Shown: positions 49,860 through 64,000, counted from the first letter of the stretch. The stretch: DNA of 64,000 nt from Eledone cirrhosa (GCA_964016885.1 OZ024740.1:166594001-166658000); one strand, 5' to 3'. Numbers and translations are program-made. Notes: generated from the sequence alone by a model not told the origin.

Positions 49860-52435
49860 ATCTCAATATGTAAACTAGACGACTATTTCTGTTTTTTTTT
49901 TTTTTATATCAACGGAGACTACTTAGAACAATTACCGATTCTCCCAACCACGCTTATTCCAACACATCCCTATTATTTGGGACTCGTGGATTGGCAGTTT
50001 CGGTACAGTGTCGGACACCATGCTTCGACTCATAGAGTTACGGCCCTTGTCATTCTGAGTTCAAATCCCGCCGAGGTTACCTTTTCCTTTCATCCTATGG
50101 CCTTGTGCGAAAAATAGAAACAATTATTTGGGACTCAAGTGGAATGTGACTGTCATTTGAACCAGATAAATCGACTTCATAGAGTAATGGTTCAAACATA
50201 TTTATCGACTTGTGCTTCAGAGTATATAGGCAAATATAACATTGTGGCCGAGATAATTTGCCTCCTCCGTGAATGTAATGAGGTATCGATTCCAGAGTTG
50301 GGCACGATCACTCACGATTGTACCATGAGATGATCGATTGCAAAACGCACCTCAATTGTGAATCCTGATTCAATTATCTCTTTGATGCTGTCATTGTGAA
50401 TACAATGACCTTCAATGATCCCTAGATATCTGTAGGCTTGTTCCTGTTCTAGTTCCCCAATTATTGCATTCACATCTATTTCCATTGAGTTTGTGCTTGG
50501 CATTTTGACTTTCTTGAATGTTGCTTTGGCGTATTTTGCCGTAGTCCGAAATCTACCCCTACATCATCGCTGAGCACCTGAATTGTTATTAGCAGTCATT
50601 CCAGTTGGTTTTTATTTTTTGCATAACGCTTTAAATAATCCATATACAACAAGTGATTTAAGGTTTTGATGTCTATATTGTAGACATATTTTGTTTTATT
50701 GGGTGCTAAATACATCGGTGTGAGTACAATGCAAAATACCACAGGTAGAAAAATAGAATCACCTTGAAAAATACCACAGTTAAAACTTTTGATTCTGGAA
50801 TTTATACTACCATCACTGTGTGACAATGATAGATTTGTATTCCATAGAGATATGTTGTATTTCAGGAGGTATGATATTACTAAAGACATTTTCAGAACAT
50901 ACAAATTTTCAAAATCCATGAGTGGCGAACACTATCAACTGCTTTCTTACAGTCATTCCAAGCAATACACAGATGCTTATACCTTTTTACAAAAGTTTTC
51001 CAGAATATACGGTTAATGAGAAGTTGGACCCACGACGCAAACCTTCTGCTCAATAGGGACAATATCATTTTCACCCATAAATTTGTAGGTTGTTTCAGGG
51101 AAGATTGAGGTGAGAATGTTGTCTGATGTGGGAAAGCAAGTGATAGCACGTTCATTTTTTGGAATGTTTGAATCTGTCGAATTTGGCAAGAGGTATGCAA
51201 TATCTTGTGCTATACAAGTAGAAGTGTTCTTATAATTTAGTTATAACATGTTATCAATATACCATGGGTAGCTGTTAGAGAAGATGACCAGAGGGTTTGG
51301 CACATTATCAATGCCAGGAGATTTCCATTTCTTGGTTTGCTTTAGTGCCAACTCCAGTTTGTCCATAGTTATGCCTTTGCAGGTCTGCCTTTCTAAATTT
51401 GATGTGTGTTACATGTTCTTTATCCATTCTGTATTCGCATAATAATTTCCTTCTGTACTCCATACTGTTTTCCAGAAGTCTATAATTTCAGGATTTGAAG
51501 GATGTACCCTTATTTAAATAATCTTTGTCCCAATTTCCTTATAAAACCTTTTTTACACCTGACATAAATAGCTTATTTTACCTGTAAAACTTATTTAAAT
51601 TTTTAATTCTCGAGCTTTCAGCTGTTCTTCCTGTTTCAGGGTATCTTTGATTGATGGAATATCAGGTTTGATGATGCATTTATTTCTTAATCACTTTCAT
51701 TCCTTTTCTAGATTTGACAGATTTCCCAGCACATATTTCATCCAGTATCAATATCCCCCCCCCCTCCCCTCATCATTTCAAATTATTTCCCAAATGTTAT
51801 CTTCTTGGGTGAATTTTTATGAGTGTTGTGTCCTTTTCGCTTTTTCCTTAACACACATTTATTTTCTATTACCCTTGTTGCTGCATAAATAACATAATTC
51901 ATTTGATATATCAAGCCCCATCTCTTAGCAGCTTATGTGTCTTTTGTTCTGGGTGTTGCTTGTTTTGCAAGGACACTTTTTCGCCCATACTAATGCTTTT
52001 TTTCCCCAAGTTCATTGTGAATTTCTTGTTTTTGTTTTGTTCTATCTGATCTTTATACCCTTCTCGAGTCCATTTGATTTTTGAGACTTTTCTTTCTTGT
52101 GGTGATAAACTGGAAGAGTTTGGGTTGAGATCATTCTTGTTTAAGTGACCATTGATGTCGGTATTTGGAGAAACGTTCGTTTCAGCTACAGACTTTTCTA
52201 CCATAGGCTGATTTCTCCCTGAGTGACATGGCCCTTGTTGACACGCGCGGTAACCGATCCGGTTAGTGTTTTTGTCTGTAGACATTTTGGGCATTCTGTT
52301 GTTTCTTTATACGTTTTAACCATCATCGCCAAGGCGTAACTTTGTTCAAGACAACACCTCTAAGACGATTACCAACCAATATTAGAGAGCTCATCCTGCT
52401 CGTGAGACACATCTACATCCCGCCCAGTTCCAGGG
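49860..52435 (-). mobile_element. Decayed R4/Dong-type LINE, 5' half including RT
   Basis: KWTRE near the N-terminus; KWKSPGID, CKKAVDSV, CGIFQGDSI, LNHLLYMDYLK, YRYLGI. Confidence 0.8.
49988..50122 (+). mobile_element. SINE family A (internally deleted) with 14-bp TSD
   Basis: TSD ATTATTTGGGACTC at 49972-49985 and 50123-50136; nested in the R4-like LINE. Confidence 0.88.
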
Positions 52436-53039
52436 TTTTTATTATTATTAGTGCCATCCTTATTCATTTTTTCATGTAAACATTTTGTGGTCAGTAAAGA
52501 ATTCATAATCACCAGCATCCCCATCACCACCATCACCTCTACTATTGTTTTATTTGCTTACCATCGGTGGATTTCATTTTAATATTTCAGCAACATCCCA
52601 GGTATAATAAGATGTTTCCGCCCCCTCTCTGAGTCTTGGTTACCATATTGTTTGATTGGTCTTCCAGAGAAGGGTGGTGGCGGTATTGGGGTATGCGGGA
52701 GTGTTCCGTCTTTGGGCAAGAGAATTGCTGATTAAAGAAGTGTTGTAGGGAAAGTAAAAACAAAAGCAACAGACACATATAGTAAACAATGAAAGGGAGA
52801 GAGCCTAATAACCTGGAAATAGAAGATAGTAGGAGTGTGAGCGGCAAGACCACCATCGTATGGTGGTAGAAAACATGAAATAAAATGAAATCAAATGATG
52901 TAAAATAGAATTAAATATGTAATTGAATTACATTTTGCAGCTTGACATTTCGGAAGTTAACATAGCTTTATACTTATACTTCAGCAATTGGTCAAGAGAA
53001 GCGTTATAATAATTATTATTATCATTATTATTATTTTTA

Positions 53040-54101
53040 TTGCGCATCATTACGGCTTTACTGATCACAGATTCGTGTGCCTTGGCTATGACCAGTGTAG
53101 ATTTGCTGATGTTCTTTCTATTGTATTGATAGTACTTTTCGTAATATGTGTGCGTTGCGTAGTAATGCTATATTTTGTATGCTGTATATATTTGTAAGTT
53201 CTGTGGTTTTAGCTATGTATTTGTCCGTGTGTTTTTTTTTTATCATTCCTAGAGTACCTATTATTATAGGTATTGTTTCTGTTTTCATTTTCCACATTCG
53301 AGTTATTTCTATCTCTAGATCTATATATTTAGAGAGTATCTCTATTTCCTTGGAAGATATATTGTCATCTGCGGAGATAGATACATCTATTAGAAGGCAT
53401 TTTTTGTCTTTGTAGTCTTTGACTATATAATCTCCCCGTCTGTATGTATTGTCATATCACAGAGAATGGTTGCTTTGTCATTCTCTGACCCTTTTTCTGG
53501 TGTGTGTTTGTACCATGTTTTTCTGTTGGTATTATGTATTGAACTTGTTTTTTTCTGGATTCTATAGCTTTAAGAGGGTATCCACTTTCTCTTGTAACAT
53601 TAGTGGCTGCTGCATATAATATATTATTTTAATCTGTGATAGTGGATTTATTCTTATATATTAATACTCTGAAGGCTAGGTTAGCGATTTTTATAAGGTT
53701 TGCTACTATATTATTAATTTTTATCTTTGGGAGATTTACTCTTTGGTCCATAGGGGAATCGTCAACTGTTTGGAGTACTTGAAGTATTTCCTTCTTTATC
53801 CTATTGTAGTCTTGAATTTCGTCATTAGGGGTTATTTTTTCTCTATCCTTTTCTTCATATTTCTTTTTATTTGTATTTTTGTTTGTATTGTCTGGAATTA
53901 GTTTTTGTTGGTTAGCATTCTGTGTATCTTTTATGATTAGGGTTTGCTGTTTTGTTGTTTACTTTATCTATTTGGGGTATGTCGGTTTTCATATCACGTT
54001 TTAAATTCTCTCTGTGTTTATGTTCGAAAATGATTATGTTATCATTATTTGTCTTTTCGTTGTTTGTGATTTGTTTCATTTAGTTGTTCGATTTCCGTGT
54101 C

Positions 54102-54105
<4 letters not shown>
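53040..54105 (-). mobile_element. Internally deleted R4/Dong-type LINE
   Basis: Minus-strand translation near 53240-53400: KEIEILSKYIDLEIEITRMWKMKTETIPIIIGTLGMI (RLE C-terminus), joined to an N-terminal-like region with no RT. Confidence 0.7.
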
Positions 54106-54141
<36 letters not shown>

Positions 54142-54146
<5 letters not shown>

Positions 54147-54499
54147 ATTTCGCTTCAAACAAATATGTATAGAAATTTCGTATTTCTAAAGAAACACGGT
54201 TTTAGGAAGCTGTAGCTATGCAATCACCGGGGCAAATGTCCTCTGGTGATGTCCAGCAGAAGCAAAGAGGACAACCGTCTATGCCTTTCAGGCTTGACTG
54301 GCCTTTTTCAGGCCGGTCGCTCCCACCGCTTGCAGCTGCTGGACTTGAAAACAGTCGAGAATATATAGTTTTCTCGTATGTGTAAATGAGGTGATTAATC
54401 TCATTTGCATATCAAGCAGCATAATTTGCCTCAACTTATAATAGAATAGAAATAGGATTTCGTTTCAAACATATCTATATATAAATATGTATAGAAATG

Positions 54500-54500
<1 letters not shown>
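54142..54500 (-). mobile_element. 310-bp unit with terminal redundancy and a decayed HHR
   Basis: ATAGGATTTCG.TTCAAACA at 54142 and 54452. Minus strand CGACCGGC-CTGAAAA-AGGC..GCCT-GAAA-GGCA-TA-GACGGTTG (54272-54319). Flanked by (TA)n. Confidence 0.6.
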
Positions 54501-54562
<62 letters not shown>

Positions 54563-54741
54563 CACTTTAATGTGGGTCAGGTATTGACTCAAAATTTGTG
54601 TTGTATTTTTGCCAGATTTTATCATACAATTTCTCCCTTCAGTTCAAAGAGCGAAGGTCAGTACATCTGTATGATTGTTTTGTGTACATTTTTCGTTGCT
54701 TATAGTACATGCATTTGTAATACAATCAGGAAATATTGTTA

Positions 54742-54893
54742 CTTACATGTATCGTTATTCTTTTTGTTTTCTTTTCAAACTCCGTGTAGTGTTGCGGCTG
54801 ATCTTCATCTTATTGAAGGTAAAATTCAATAAGATCAGCCGCAACACTACACGGAGTTTGAAATCAAAACAAAAAGAATAACGATACGTGGTA
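54742..54893. repeat. Palindrome with about 70-bp arms
   Basis: GTATCGTTATTCTTTTTGTTTT..TTTCAAACTCCGTGTAGTGTTGCGGCTGATCTT is followed by its reverse complement across a short loop. Confidence 0.85.
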
Positions 54894-55459
54894 GCAATTT
54901 CAATAAAGACAATTATGTTATAGGGCGATCCGTGTATAAAATCTATTTTTTTGTAGGCCTTCTTGGTTCTCGTTCATTGTGTTTCCTCTTAGTTTTCTTT
55001 GTATATTTATCATTGTTTTGTCGATGGGGACGAATTTATTTTACATATTGTGGGGATGTTATTATTATTATTAATACTATTGGATGTCAGACAATGAAGA
55101 CGTGTTTTTGGAGCTCCGCAAAACTTGCAAATATTCTGTTTATTTTCATCTATAATAATTGTTGCATTCTTTGAAAAAGGTTGTACGACTTCCGGCTTTG
55201 ACCTAAATATTTGTACTTTTTGTATTTAAAAAAGATTCTCGAAAAAAAAAAGCACGCCCCCCAACGACCTAAACGTTGAGAGGAGGGAAGCGGCAAACAC
55301 ATTGATCTACACAACAAACACATTTAACAGCACCACCGCAAACAGCATGAACAGTTGCATCAGCAACACCAACAGTGAGAATAATAACTAAAAAATATAA
55401 ACAACGACAACCCCAACCACAGCAGAAACAGCAACAACCAAAAGACAGACGACATAAAC

Positions 55460-55642
55460 AATTGTTTCTCCTTTTGGCACAAGGCCGGCAATTATCCCAG
55501 TATATGAATGGTGCTTTATTTTATCGACACCCGTAAGAATCAAAGGACAAGTTAATCTCAGCGGGCTTTGAACTGAAACCGTAAAGAGCCGTACTCTATG
55601 CTGCAAAACATGGCATCCGACCCTCTACCGATTCTGCCAATC
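55460..55642 (-). mobile_element. SINE family A
   Basis: Full-length reverse-complement copy. Confidence 0.85.
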
Positions 55643-57530
55643 ACAACAAAAAGAACAAGAACATAAACAATAACAGCAACAATACCAACTGCACCGAGAA
55701 CAAGAACGGCGCCACCAAAGATATTTACAACTGCAACAGTGATTACAGCGACAAAACCAACAAGGACAACAACAACAAATACGACAACACTAACAACACC
55801 GCCAACAACAACAAAAACGCTTTCGTTGCGGCAGCAGGCAAAAAGAGGCCATGCTTCAGCATTGACCTCGCGAATAAAGATGAAAATTAGCCCCAGGCCT
55901 GGAAGCTCATCAAGCAAGAGCAAACCTGTCTCGGTAGAAGCTATTGAAGTAGTGGAGCGCAGAACAGTACATTCCAGATGCATCTCAGCAGAAGCAAAGA
56001 GGTAGGCTTTAATTGCTCAGGCAGATGTCGAAGCCGGGCTGATGTGCATCAGAGATGACACCGAATATATAGCGAGGGGCAGACAATATGGCACCATTTC
56101 AGTGCTGTTTAAATCAGAAGCCTTCGCTATGAAACATGCAATGACCCCTTGCAAACCAGCAAGATCATAATGTACCCCTCCCACATGGGAAAACGAACAG
56201 CTCGTCTCCGCTTTCCTAGGATCCCACCAGGACTTGACATGTGCGATTGTGGAGGGGACGGATACCGTCCCGATAGAGGTTACAAGGACTGCCAGAGAGG
56301 ACTTTTCAGGGGTTAACCTGGAGATACTTCTCCAGATCAGGCTGCAAAATTTAAAAACAATCCCGGACCACATCCGTCTTCAGAATGGGACGGTAATACA
56401 TATCATTACTGAGGGAAAAGGCTGCATTGTTTCGTTTGCGGAGAAAAAACCCATTTCCGAACCTTCTGCCCTCAATTGCTGAAAGATGCAAGGGGTCGAA
56501 GGGCTCCACTGCTGCCAACACCGGTGCGAGGACCACCACCCAGACCAGCACCGGCAAAACCACCTGCAACAACACCAATAGAACCACCAGCATTGACCGC
56601 TCAGGAGAGAAACGATGAAAGTTGTCAAATCCCCCCATGACACATGAAGGAAAACATAAACACACACAGACACAGACACACGTACAGACACAGACCCCTC
56701 ATCTTCAAGTAGTGAAGATGAGCGAAAACCAATTAGTGTTAGTGGGGGACTGGCACGGCATCTTACATGAACGCTGGGACTGTGTGGGAGTATCCGCTGG
56801 GAGAGGGGGGTAAAAAGACTCAAGTATCTGATCAGCCAGTTCCAACTCTCTGACAGGTACCGACTATATTTCCCCAATGCGCCAGTGTGGACCTGGATCA
56901 ACCACATAGGGTCATCTAGCTCGTATATAGACAGGATATTCATTAGGAAAATAGATAAAAATGGTGTAAGCTGTCCACGTTTTAAAACGGTCGCCTATTT
57001 AGATAAAAATTGTGTTAACTGCATGGTCGACCTACATAAGACGCGTAGGTTAGGACCTGGTTACTGGAAGCTGAACATGTCATTTCTAGCATGTAAGGCT
57101 TACAGGGATCGGATCGATAATTTAGTTAAGAAAAATTTGACAGGGGAAGTCGCCAACAACAGATGTTGGGGGTTCTCAAAAGAGAGATTAGAGTAATTTC
57201 AGTAGGGCTTAGCAAAGATGTAGCGTGAGAGAAAAATAGAAAGGAGAGGGAGCTTGTAGATAAGTTAGACGAGGCCATTTGTAGCGTCATTGCAACTGAC
57301 GTGCTAGCGGAGAGAACGGCATTAGATCATTTCTTCAATGCGAAACACGAAGGTTGAATTGTCAGAGCTAAGGCACGTGCTCTGAGAAACGAGGGAACCA
57401 AAGCTGTTCGATGGCAGAGGCGCAGCGTCGTAATAAAACCACAATTTGGTCTTTGACGGACCGAGACGGACACGAGCTGTGCGATTCCAAGCAGATGTGT
57501 GAGGCTTTTCGCCAGCATTTTGTTAGGTTG
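55643..57530 (+). mobile_element. L1/Tx1 5' part (ORF1 + partial APE region)
   Basis: Homologous to 6840-7650 and 8720-9600 (VGDWHGIL, YIDRIFIRKIDK, GPGYWKLN); APE N-terminus deleted. Confidence 0.88.
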
Positions 57531-58251
57531 TTAAAGGAAATGTATACCATGAAATTGTTATTAAGAAGTAATAGCTATCGATACGGAGAATAGTATTTCT
57601 AGCAAAAGAAAAGCAAATTTAGTAATAAAAAATCAATGATTAACAAATATATTATATTATTCAACCATCAAAGTAAATGCGTATATGTTTCTTATAATAT
57701 GAATAAAAATATGGATACGCCATCATTCTCTCTTCATCTAAATTTAAATAATATATTACGTCACTCATCTGCTCAATAAGCAATTTTCTTTATATTTCAT
57801 CTCTAAAACAGCATCAGTATACATTATCCTAACACAAGTTATTCTTCCCTGCTGACTAAATCATTTAGACAAATTGAAAAATCATATCTTTATAGCTAAA
57901 AACATCTACGCTGGCAAATATCATTAATTCTTAGTTTCAATATCACTGAGATATTATATCTTACTGTTCGTTGTAATTCTTTCTTAATCCTGACAAATAT
58001 AAATCTATTAAGCTGCTTTGTTTGTAATGTTTTTTTTTTATTAGTAAAGAATCGGTTTCAATAACTTTATGTTATAAGAGACATGGCGTCATCTTTGAAA
58101 ATATTACAAAGAAATGTACATTCATGTGTGTGCGTATGTGTATGTATGCGTGTGTATGATGAGTAGATCTTCTTAAAACGTGTACTATGCTTTATATATT
58201 ACCGACACACACATACGAACACGCACACACATACACACACGCACACACATA

Positions 58252-58322
<71 letters not shown>

Positions 58323-58859
58323 GGGATTGTTAATAATTGTATATTCATATCTGAATTCTTTTACAAAGATATTTTACTAAAATTGTCTAAGGAAATCTAC
58401 ACATTGAAAAGCCAAAAAATACTGTTCCTTCATAAAAGATACTCCGGTACACATGTACACCCTAGCATACATCGGCTAAAATGTATGAGCACATACATTT
58501 AAAAAAATAATCGTATATACTTTAAGATAAAAACTTGCTGACATAAACAAAAGTAAACCACAGAAACAGCTGTAATGATTATGTATCGTACTTTTTTTTT
58601 ATAACCCTTATATCATATTTTCTTAGCATGACGTATCCACTTTGGGGGAGGGCTTGCAGCTGGTCGAAAAAGAATGTCATTTTTTTATCGACCTAATATT
58701 CACCGCTCCATATTTTTCCCACTCCAATTAACACTAGATAATTGCAACAAATAAATGCTACGCTGCCTTTAAAAGCGCAATTAATATAGCTTTATGAATG
58801 ATTATAAACCTAGATAAAAGACGTTAATCGTTGTATCGGCCATCAGATAATTAATGGTG

Positions 58860-59546
58860 AGAAGATGCGCCCAGAGCGATGAAACCGTTCTGCACGCATT
58901 CGTCCAATGTCCGTGCATTGCTGACTTGTGGAGTTATGTCGAACAGCTGTTGTCACGTGTAGAACGGATCCCACTATCGCCCGAGTCCATAGTGAAGATC
59001 GACCCGCCGCCTTTTTGGGGCCAGGAATGGCATGAAATTTTCGTCTCCTTTGTGGCAGTTGCGAAAGAGGTGGTATGGTCGACCAGGTTGAAAGGATTGA
59101 AGACAGACACTTCTCTTTTCGGCCAATCCCTCATCAAATGTTTCAAATTTCACGTGGAAAGGAAAGTGGGGGTTGAGGGAGAAGTACTGCCATCCTGTTC
59201 ATTTGCTGAAATGTGGGTGAATGTGGCGAGAATGGTCCGTGGGAGTGAGCCTTCTCTGGCCATGCACCTATAGGCTGGTTAATTTGAGGAGGAGAGCTGT
59301 GCCCTCCCCGGGTGCCCCAGAAGCATCGGGTGGTTCAAGATTGGTGGGGTACCCGACTCACTCCTGGGTGATTCAGCCCCTATTGGGGATTTATTTTGTT
59401 ACTTTTATGCATAGTTTATTTTTTATTTTGTTCATTGTTAAATAGGTTTTGTTATTGTGCATGATCTTATTGTAAACCCCGACTGTCCTTCTCTTTGTAT
59501 TGTCCCCTACGTGTGGGCCCTTTGGCCAATAAATGAAATCATTATA
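58860..59546 (+). mobile_element. L1/Tx1 3' end
   Basis: RCAQSDETVLHAFVQCP..WSYVEQLLSR; 3' UTR and AATAAATGAAATCATTAT match 4340-5050. Confidence 0.9.
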
Positions 59547-59547
59547 A

Positions 59548-59742
59548 GTATCGGTAGAGGGTCAGACGCCATGCTTTGCAACAAAGAGTTACGGCTCTTT
59601 ATGATCTGATTTCAAATCCCGCCGAGGTTAACTTTCATCCTTATGGGGTCGATAAAATAAAGTACCAGTCACGCACTGAGGTCGATGTAATCGCCCCCCC
59701 CCCCCATTTACTGGCCTTGTGCCTATATAAGAAACCATTAAT
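59548..59742 (+). mobile_element. SINE family A lacking its first ~8 bp
   Basis: Starts AGTATCGGTAGAGGG directly after the LINE tail. Confidence 0.82.
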
Positions 59743-60378
59743 ATTTACTGTTTCCCAAATTCCATATCTTATTCTTATTTCATGTATGAACCTCAATTTT
59801 CCAAGTAATAAACAAATGCTATCAATGAGTTTCACGCCTGGCTGCTTGATACAACATAAACCAGTCGGTCAGACGTCCCACTAAAGCTGAACATTTGTTG
59901 ATTGCCTGCCGTAGCCACATCAAAGTGGGGCTGGGACCATTGAATCAATAGTGATGCCATCTATCAACTTCTAAACCAGAGACAAATTGACATGGTGCTA
60001 GTGAGAATTTAACACCCTCCGCTTCTTAACGTTGCCAACAAGTACAGACTGGAAGATTAACATAAATCTAAGTCACATACGAAGAGAGGCCGTTGAAATA
60101 ACATGAAATGTAGGTTTCTCTGTACCACCACACTACAATGCATTGCATTCGGAGAATCTTTCGATTGGCTAATGTGCCATCTAATGAATGCTCGTTATGG
60201 ATTGCGTTATGGTATGATGTAAACATTTCACATTAAACCCTATACGTCGAATGGTCTTTCCATATTACACCAAACTATTCTTAATCCCCGCACCTGTTAC
60301 CGATAGGGAAATACCCTATAACACACACGTACACGCACACCCAGATACACAAATACACACACAACGCACACACACACA

Positions 60379-60504
<126 letters not shown>

Positions 60505-61841
60505 TTTGTACCGAAATTCTATCAAATTAATTAATGCATGCATATACATGCATATGTTGATATAAATATTGTCACGCTACCTACACACGTGGACAAAGTT
60601 GCGTTCACACGGGACCAACGCTCAGCACAAGAAAAAACACACGGGTCTACTCGTTTGTTGCAGTGGTTGTATTTGTCTGTAGATGTGTATATAAGGTCGT
60701 ACACGTCTCGAAAATAATAACTATAGTAGTATCATCATTACTGATTGTTATAATAAATAGATTGAGAGTTATGATAATGCATATAGCCATTAGTGCGCAA
60801 TCAGAGGAACAAATCAAATGAAAATCTATCAATTATGTATATTTCGATTCTCACAAACATACTACTACTACATCTAATAGATGAGCTCGGTTAAATAACT
60901 ATCAAGCAGCGAGCGATGCATCATTAACAAATTGCGAAATAATATTATTCGCATGATCATCAATAAAACAAACAATAATGAGAAGAACTGATATACCACC
61001 ATTGTCTTGTCTACACAAATAAAACATTAGTTACGATTACAATTATAACTAACAATACAACCACCACCATAACCAACGATGATACTACTAGTATCCAATT
61101 GAAAGCTGCTCAACTTGCTGTCATTGTATATACATATAAAGGACAGTATATAGTTTGTATATCCGAGTCGTACAAGGAAAATATGGAAGTAAAAATAATA
61201 TATATAGATTTCATTGCAACAATACCAGGCAGCTCTAATCCAAGTAACTTGTATTTCTTCACTGGACCTGGTAGAGGTATCAGCCAAATACATCGCAAAT
61301 CGCATATTAACATATTCAAAATGGATGTACATATTGAATAATGAAAGCCTAGATATATTATGTCTGGAAAAAAGGTGATATTATCAAAGTTGGAAAGATT
61401 TTGTAGGACTGCATGGCTAGAAGCAACCCCTCTTTTAACGATACTATTCTTCATGATGTTTGGTTTGCAGAATACATCGATACAAAATTAGTTTAGAATC
61501 AATTTCTTAATTATCGATATAACTATATCGATACAAATGTCTGTCTACAAGGACATGAATAACGGCAGCTACAAGAACAAAAACACCATCAGTAAATCTA
61601 CTAAGGACAATGTTTGTTACCAACTAATAGTTAGCGGCTCTAAGGGTTTATTAAATTTGCTAGATATTCAAACATACAAACACATAAACAGACAGGCACA
61701 TAATGAAATAGAAAAAACGAAATACAAATAGACAGATTGAGTGAGATATATATAAATATATAGTTAGATACATATAGAAATTGACACATGAGACGTAAAA
61801 TATACATGATTATATATAATTACATGCATGCATGTGTGTGT

Positions 61842-61891
<50 letters not shown>

Positions 61892-62066
61892 GCGTGTGTG
61901 TGTGAGTGCCCGCATGCGCAAGCGTGTGTATTTGGAGACTTTTCCATCTGGTCACACAAGTGTTTCTCATTTCTAACTAAGACCAATATAATGGTGTTAG
62001 AATCAATACTTTAATCCCTACTTAGAAAACCGGCTTCTTCTGGAATGAAATTAATATCCTTCAAGA

Positions 62067-62148
<82 letters not shown>

Positions 62149-62311
62149 TTATACGTCGCAACTCCTTAGGAATAGCATTAGAGGACGGTGTTGTATATGT
62201 GCGTGTGTGTTTGTAATTATATCTATATTTCGTATAAATTTATGTATACACACAAACACAGACGTAAACACACACATATACCCACATACACACATACACA
62301 AACCCACACAT

Positions 62312-62406
<95 letters not shown>

Positions 62407-63180
62407 ATATTTTATATGGAAGGACTAGATATATGTTTACATATGGACGTATTTTGCATTCTTTTAAAACTGTATGGAATCTTTGAAGTAAGTGAAATTT
62501 GATAAGTTTTTATATGTCGGTAGAAGAGGATTATCTTAACATATTTCTCACTGAATACCGTTTACATCTACATCGGCAATGTACTAAACATCAAACTATA
62601 TGAATTAACGTTGTAAATATATAAGATTAGTTTGTTTAGCTATATAGACATCAACGAGCCAATCTACTCCGAAAGTAAGTTCTCTTCCGATTCTCTATAT
62701 TTCGTGAATAAACACTCAAAGTCGCTAACTGCGAAATCACTATGAAATTTCAACCGGATCTCATAATAAAACATTAAAAGGAAGAAAATACTGGATAACG
62801 TATTTGAATTTCTGAAAATAGATAACAATAACAAGGCTAAAGTTGGGGTTATACATTGATCAGGGTTTCCTTAATTTTCTATGCTGAGTTCGACTCTTGT
62901 GCGTACGTATAACATCTTACTGAAATGTGAGCAGTAACTGAACATTCAATTTGATATGTGCTTGGTTACTCTGCCGTGTATTTCTCAGCCGTTCTAATAT
63001 CCCCTTTGTCACAGTAACATTTGATTAAAATATATATGATGAAAATATAAAAAAAGATTAATTGTGAATTTATTCGCGTCACGATCCAGATATTTAGATT
63101 TATAACTTTCCTCTTGATTCATCTTTGATTACTGTTTGTAAAAGTAGAAATAGGGAGGGAAGTTATAATAGGGTAGAGAG

Positions 63181-63271
<91 letters not shown>

Positions 63272-63644
63272 CTATTTCATTTTGTAATGCAAGATAAATT
63301 AAATACCGCAATCGTGAAATATACAAAAATCATATATATCGGGACCTCTCACTTTAAGATTATAGCTTGTTCCGTTTCTAAACATTTATTTAACCTATAC
63401 TGATAATTATGTAATTCGCATAACACCTGTTTTTGACAAAGAAACATGAGTAAACGTGAATAATATCTAAGTGACCACCTAGTGCAATTCGAACCGGCAT
63501 CACCTTGGGTGATATTATGGTCTGTAGTATGCTTTAGTCTTCAGTAAGGGAATACTAATTCGATAGTATACATGGAGTTTAAACTGTCTGAAAAAATCCA
63601 GCATGGGTTTAATCATATTTCTTCTCGTTTATGACCGGCATGCG

Positions 63645-64000
63645 ACAAAACAGTACCAAATCGTGGGTACGATCCACGAGTCGGCCAATTTATATGAAAA
63701 TGTATTCCATATATGTATTTTATTCATGGGGAAATAAAGAAATACCTTCAGTTCCCTATCTTAAATACACTTTCGGTTATACCTATGAAAATATTTAGCC
63801 CGGGGCGTACAAAGCAGTACCAAATCGTGGGTACGATCCACGAGTCGGCCAATTTATATGAAAATGTATTCCATATATGTATTTTATTCATGGGGAAATA
63901 AAGAAATACCTTCAGTTCCCTATCTTAAATACACTTTCGGTTATACCTATGAAAATATTTAGCCCGGGGCGTACAAAGCAGTACCAAATCGTGGGTACGA
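63645..64000. repeat. 164-bp tandem repeat running off the window
   Basis: CAGTACCAAATCGTGGGTACGA at 63651, 63815 and 63979; units nearly identical. Confidence 0.95.

Noticed and set aside
61027-61454. Overlapping ORFs as a host exon or transposase fragment
   Set aside because: No recognisable domain or supportable splice structure.
63645-64000. CRISPR-like array, or an HHR in the 164-bp repeat
   Set aside because: No unique spacers; the minus-strand CTGAAGG/GAAAG cannot be closed into three stems.

Overview
This is AT-rich, microsatellite-laden eukaryotic (animal) DNA made almost entirely of transposable-element debris. The repeat families and the (TA)n/(CA)n load suggest a cephalopod/octopus-like genome, but that is an inference. 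I found no credible host gene, rRNA, true tRNA or CRISPR array; most track ORFs are microsatellite artefacts. Recognisable elements: a complete decayed hAT transposon with an 8-bp TSD (90-3565); L1/Tx1-type LINEs (one near full-length, three partial); an RTE LINE 3' end; three R4/Dong-type RLE LINE fragments; a Chapaev3-like transposon; a non-autonomous Helitron; two tRNA-derived SINE families; a possible solo LTR; a 164-bp tandem array; and two coding Penelope-like elements (Naiad-type 15.6-18.1 kb, Neptune-type 40.2-44.5 kb). The most interesting layer is non-coding. Several unrelated families of hammerhead-ribozyme (HHR) bearing repeats sit in (TA)n tracts, including tandem ORF-less units (492 and 423 nt between cleavage sites, retrozyme-like), a family-wide CAGAAGA core variant, and very short fold-back insertions. 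All coordinates were counted and all RNA structures folded by eye, so ends may be off by a few bases.
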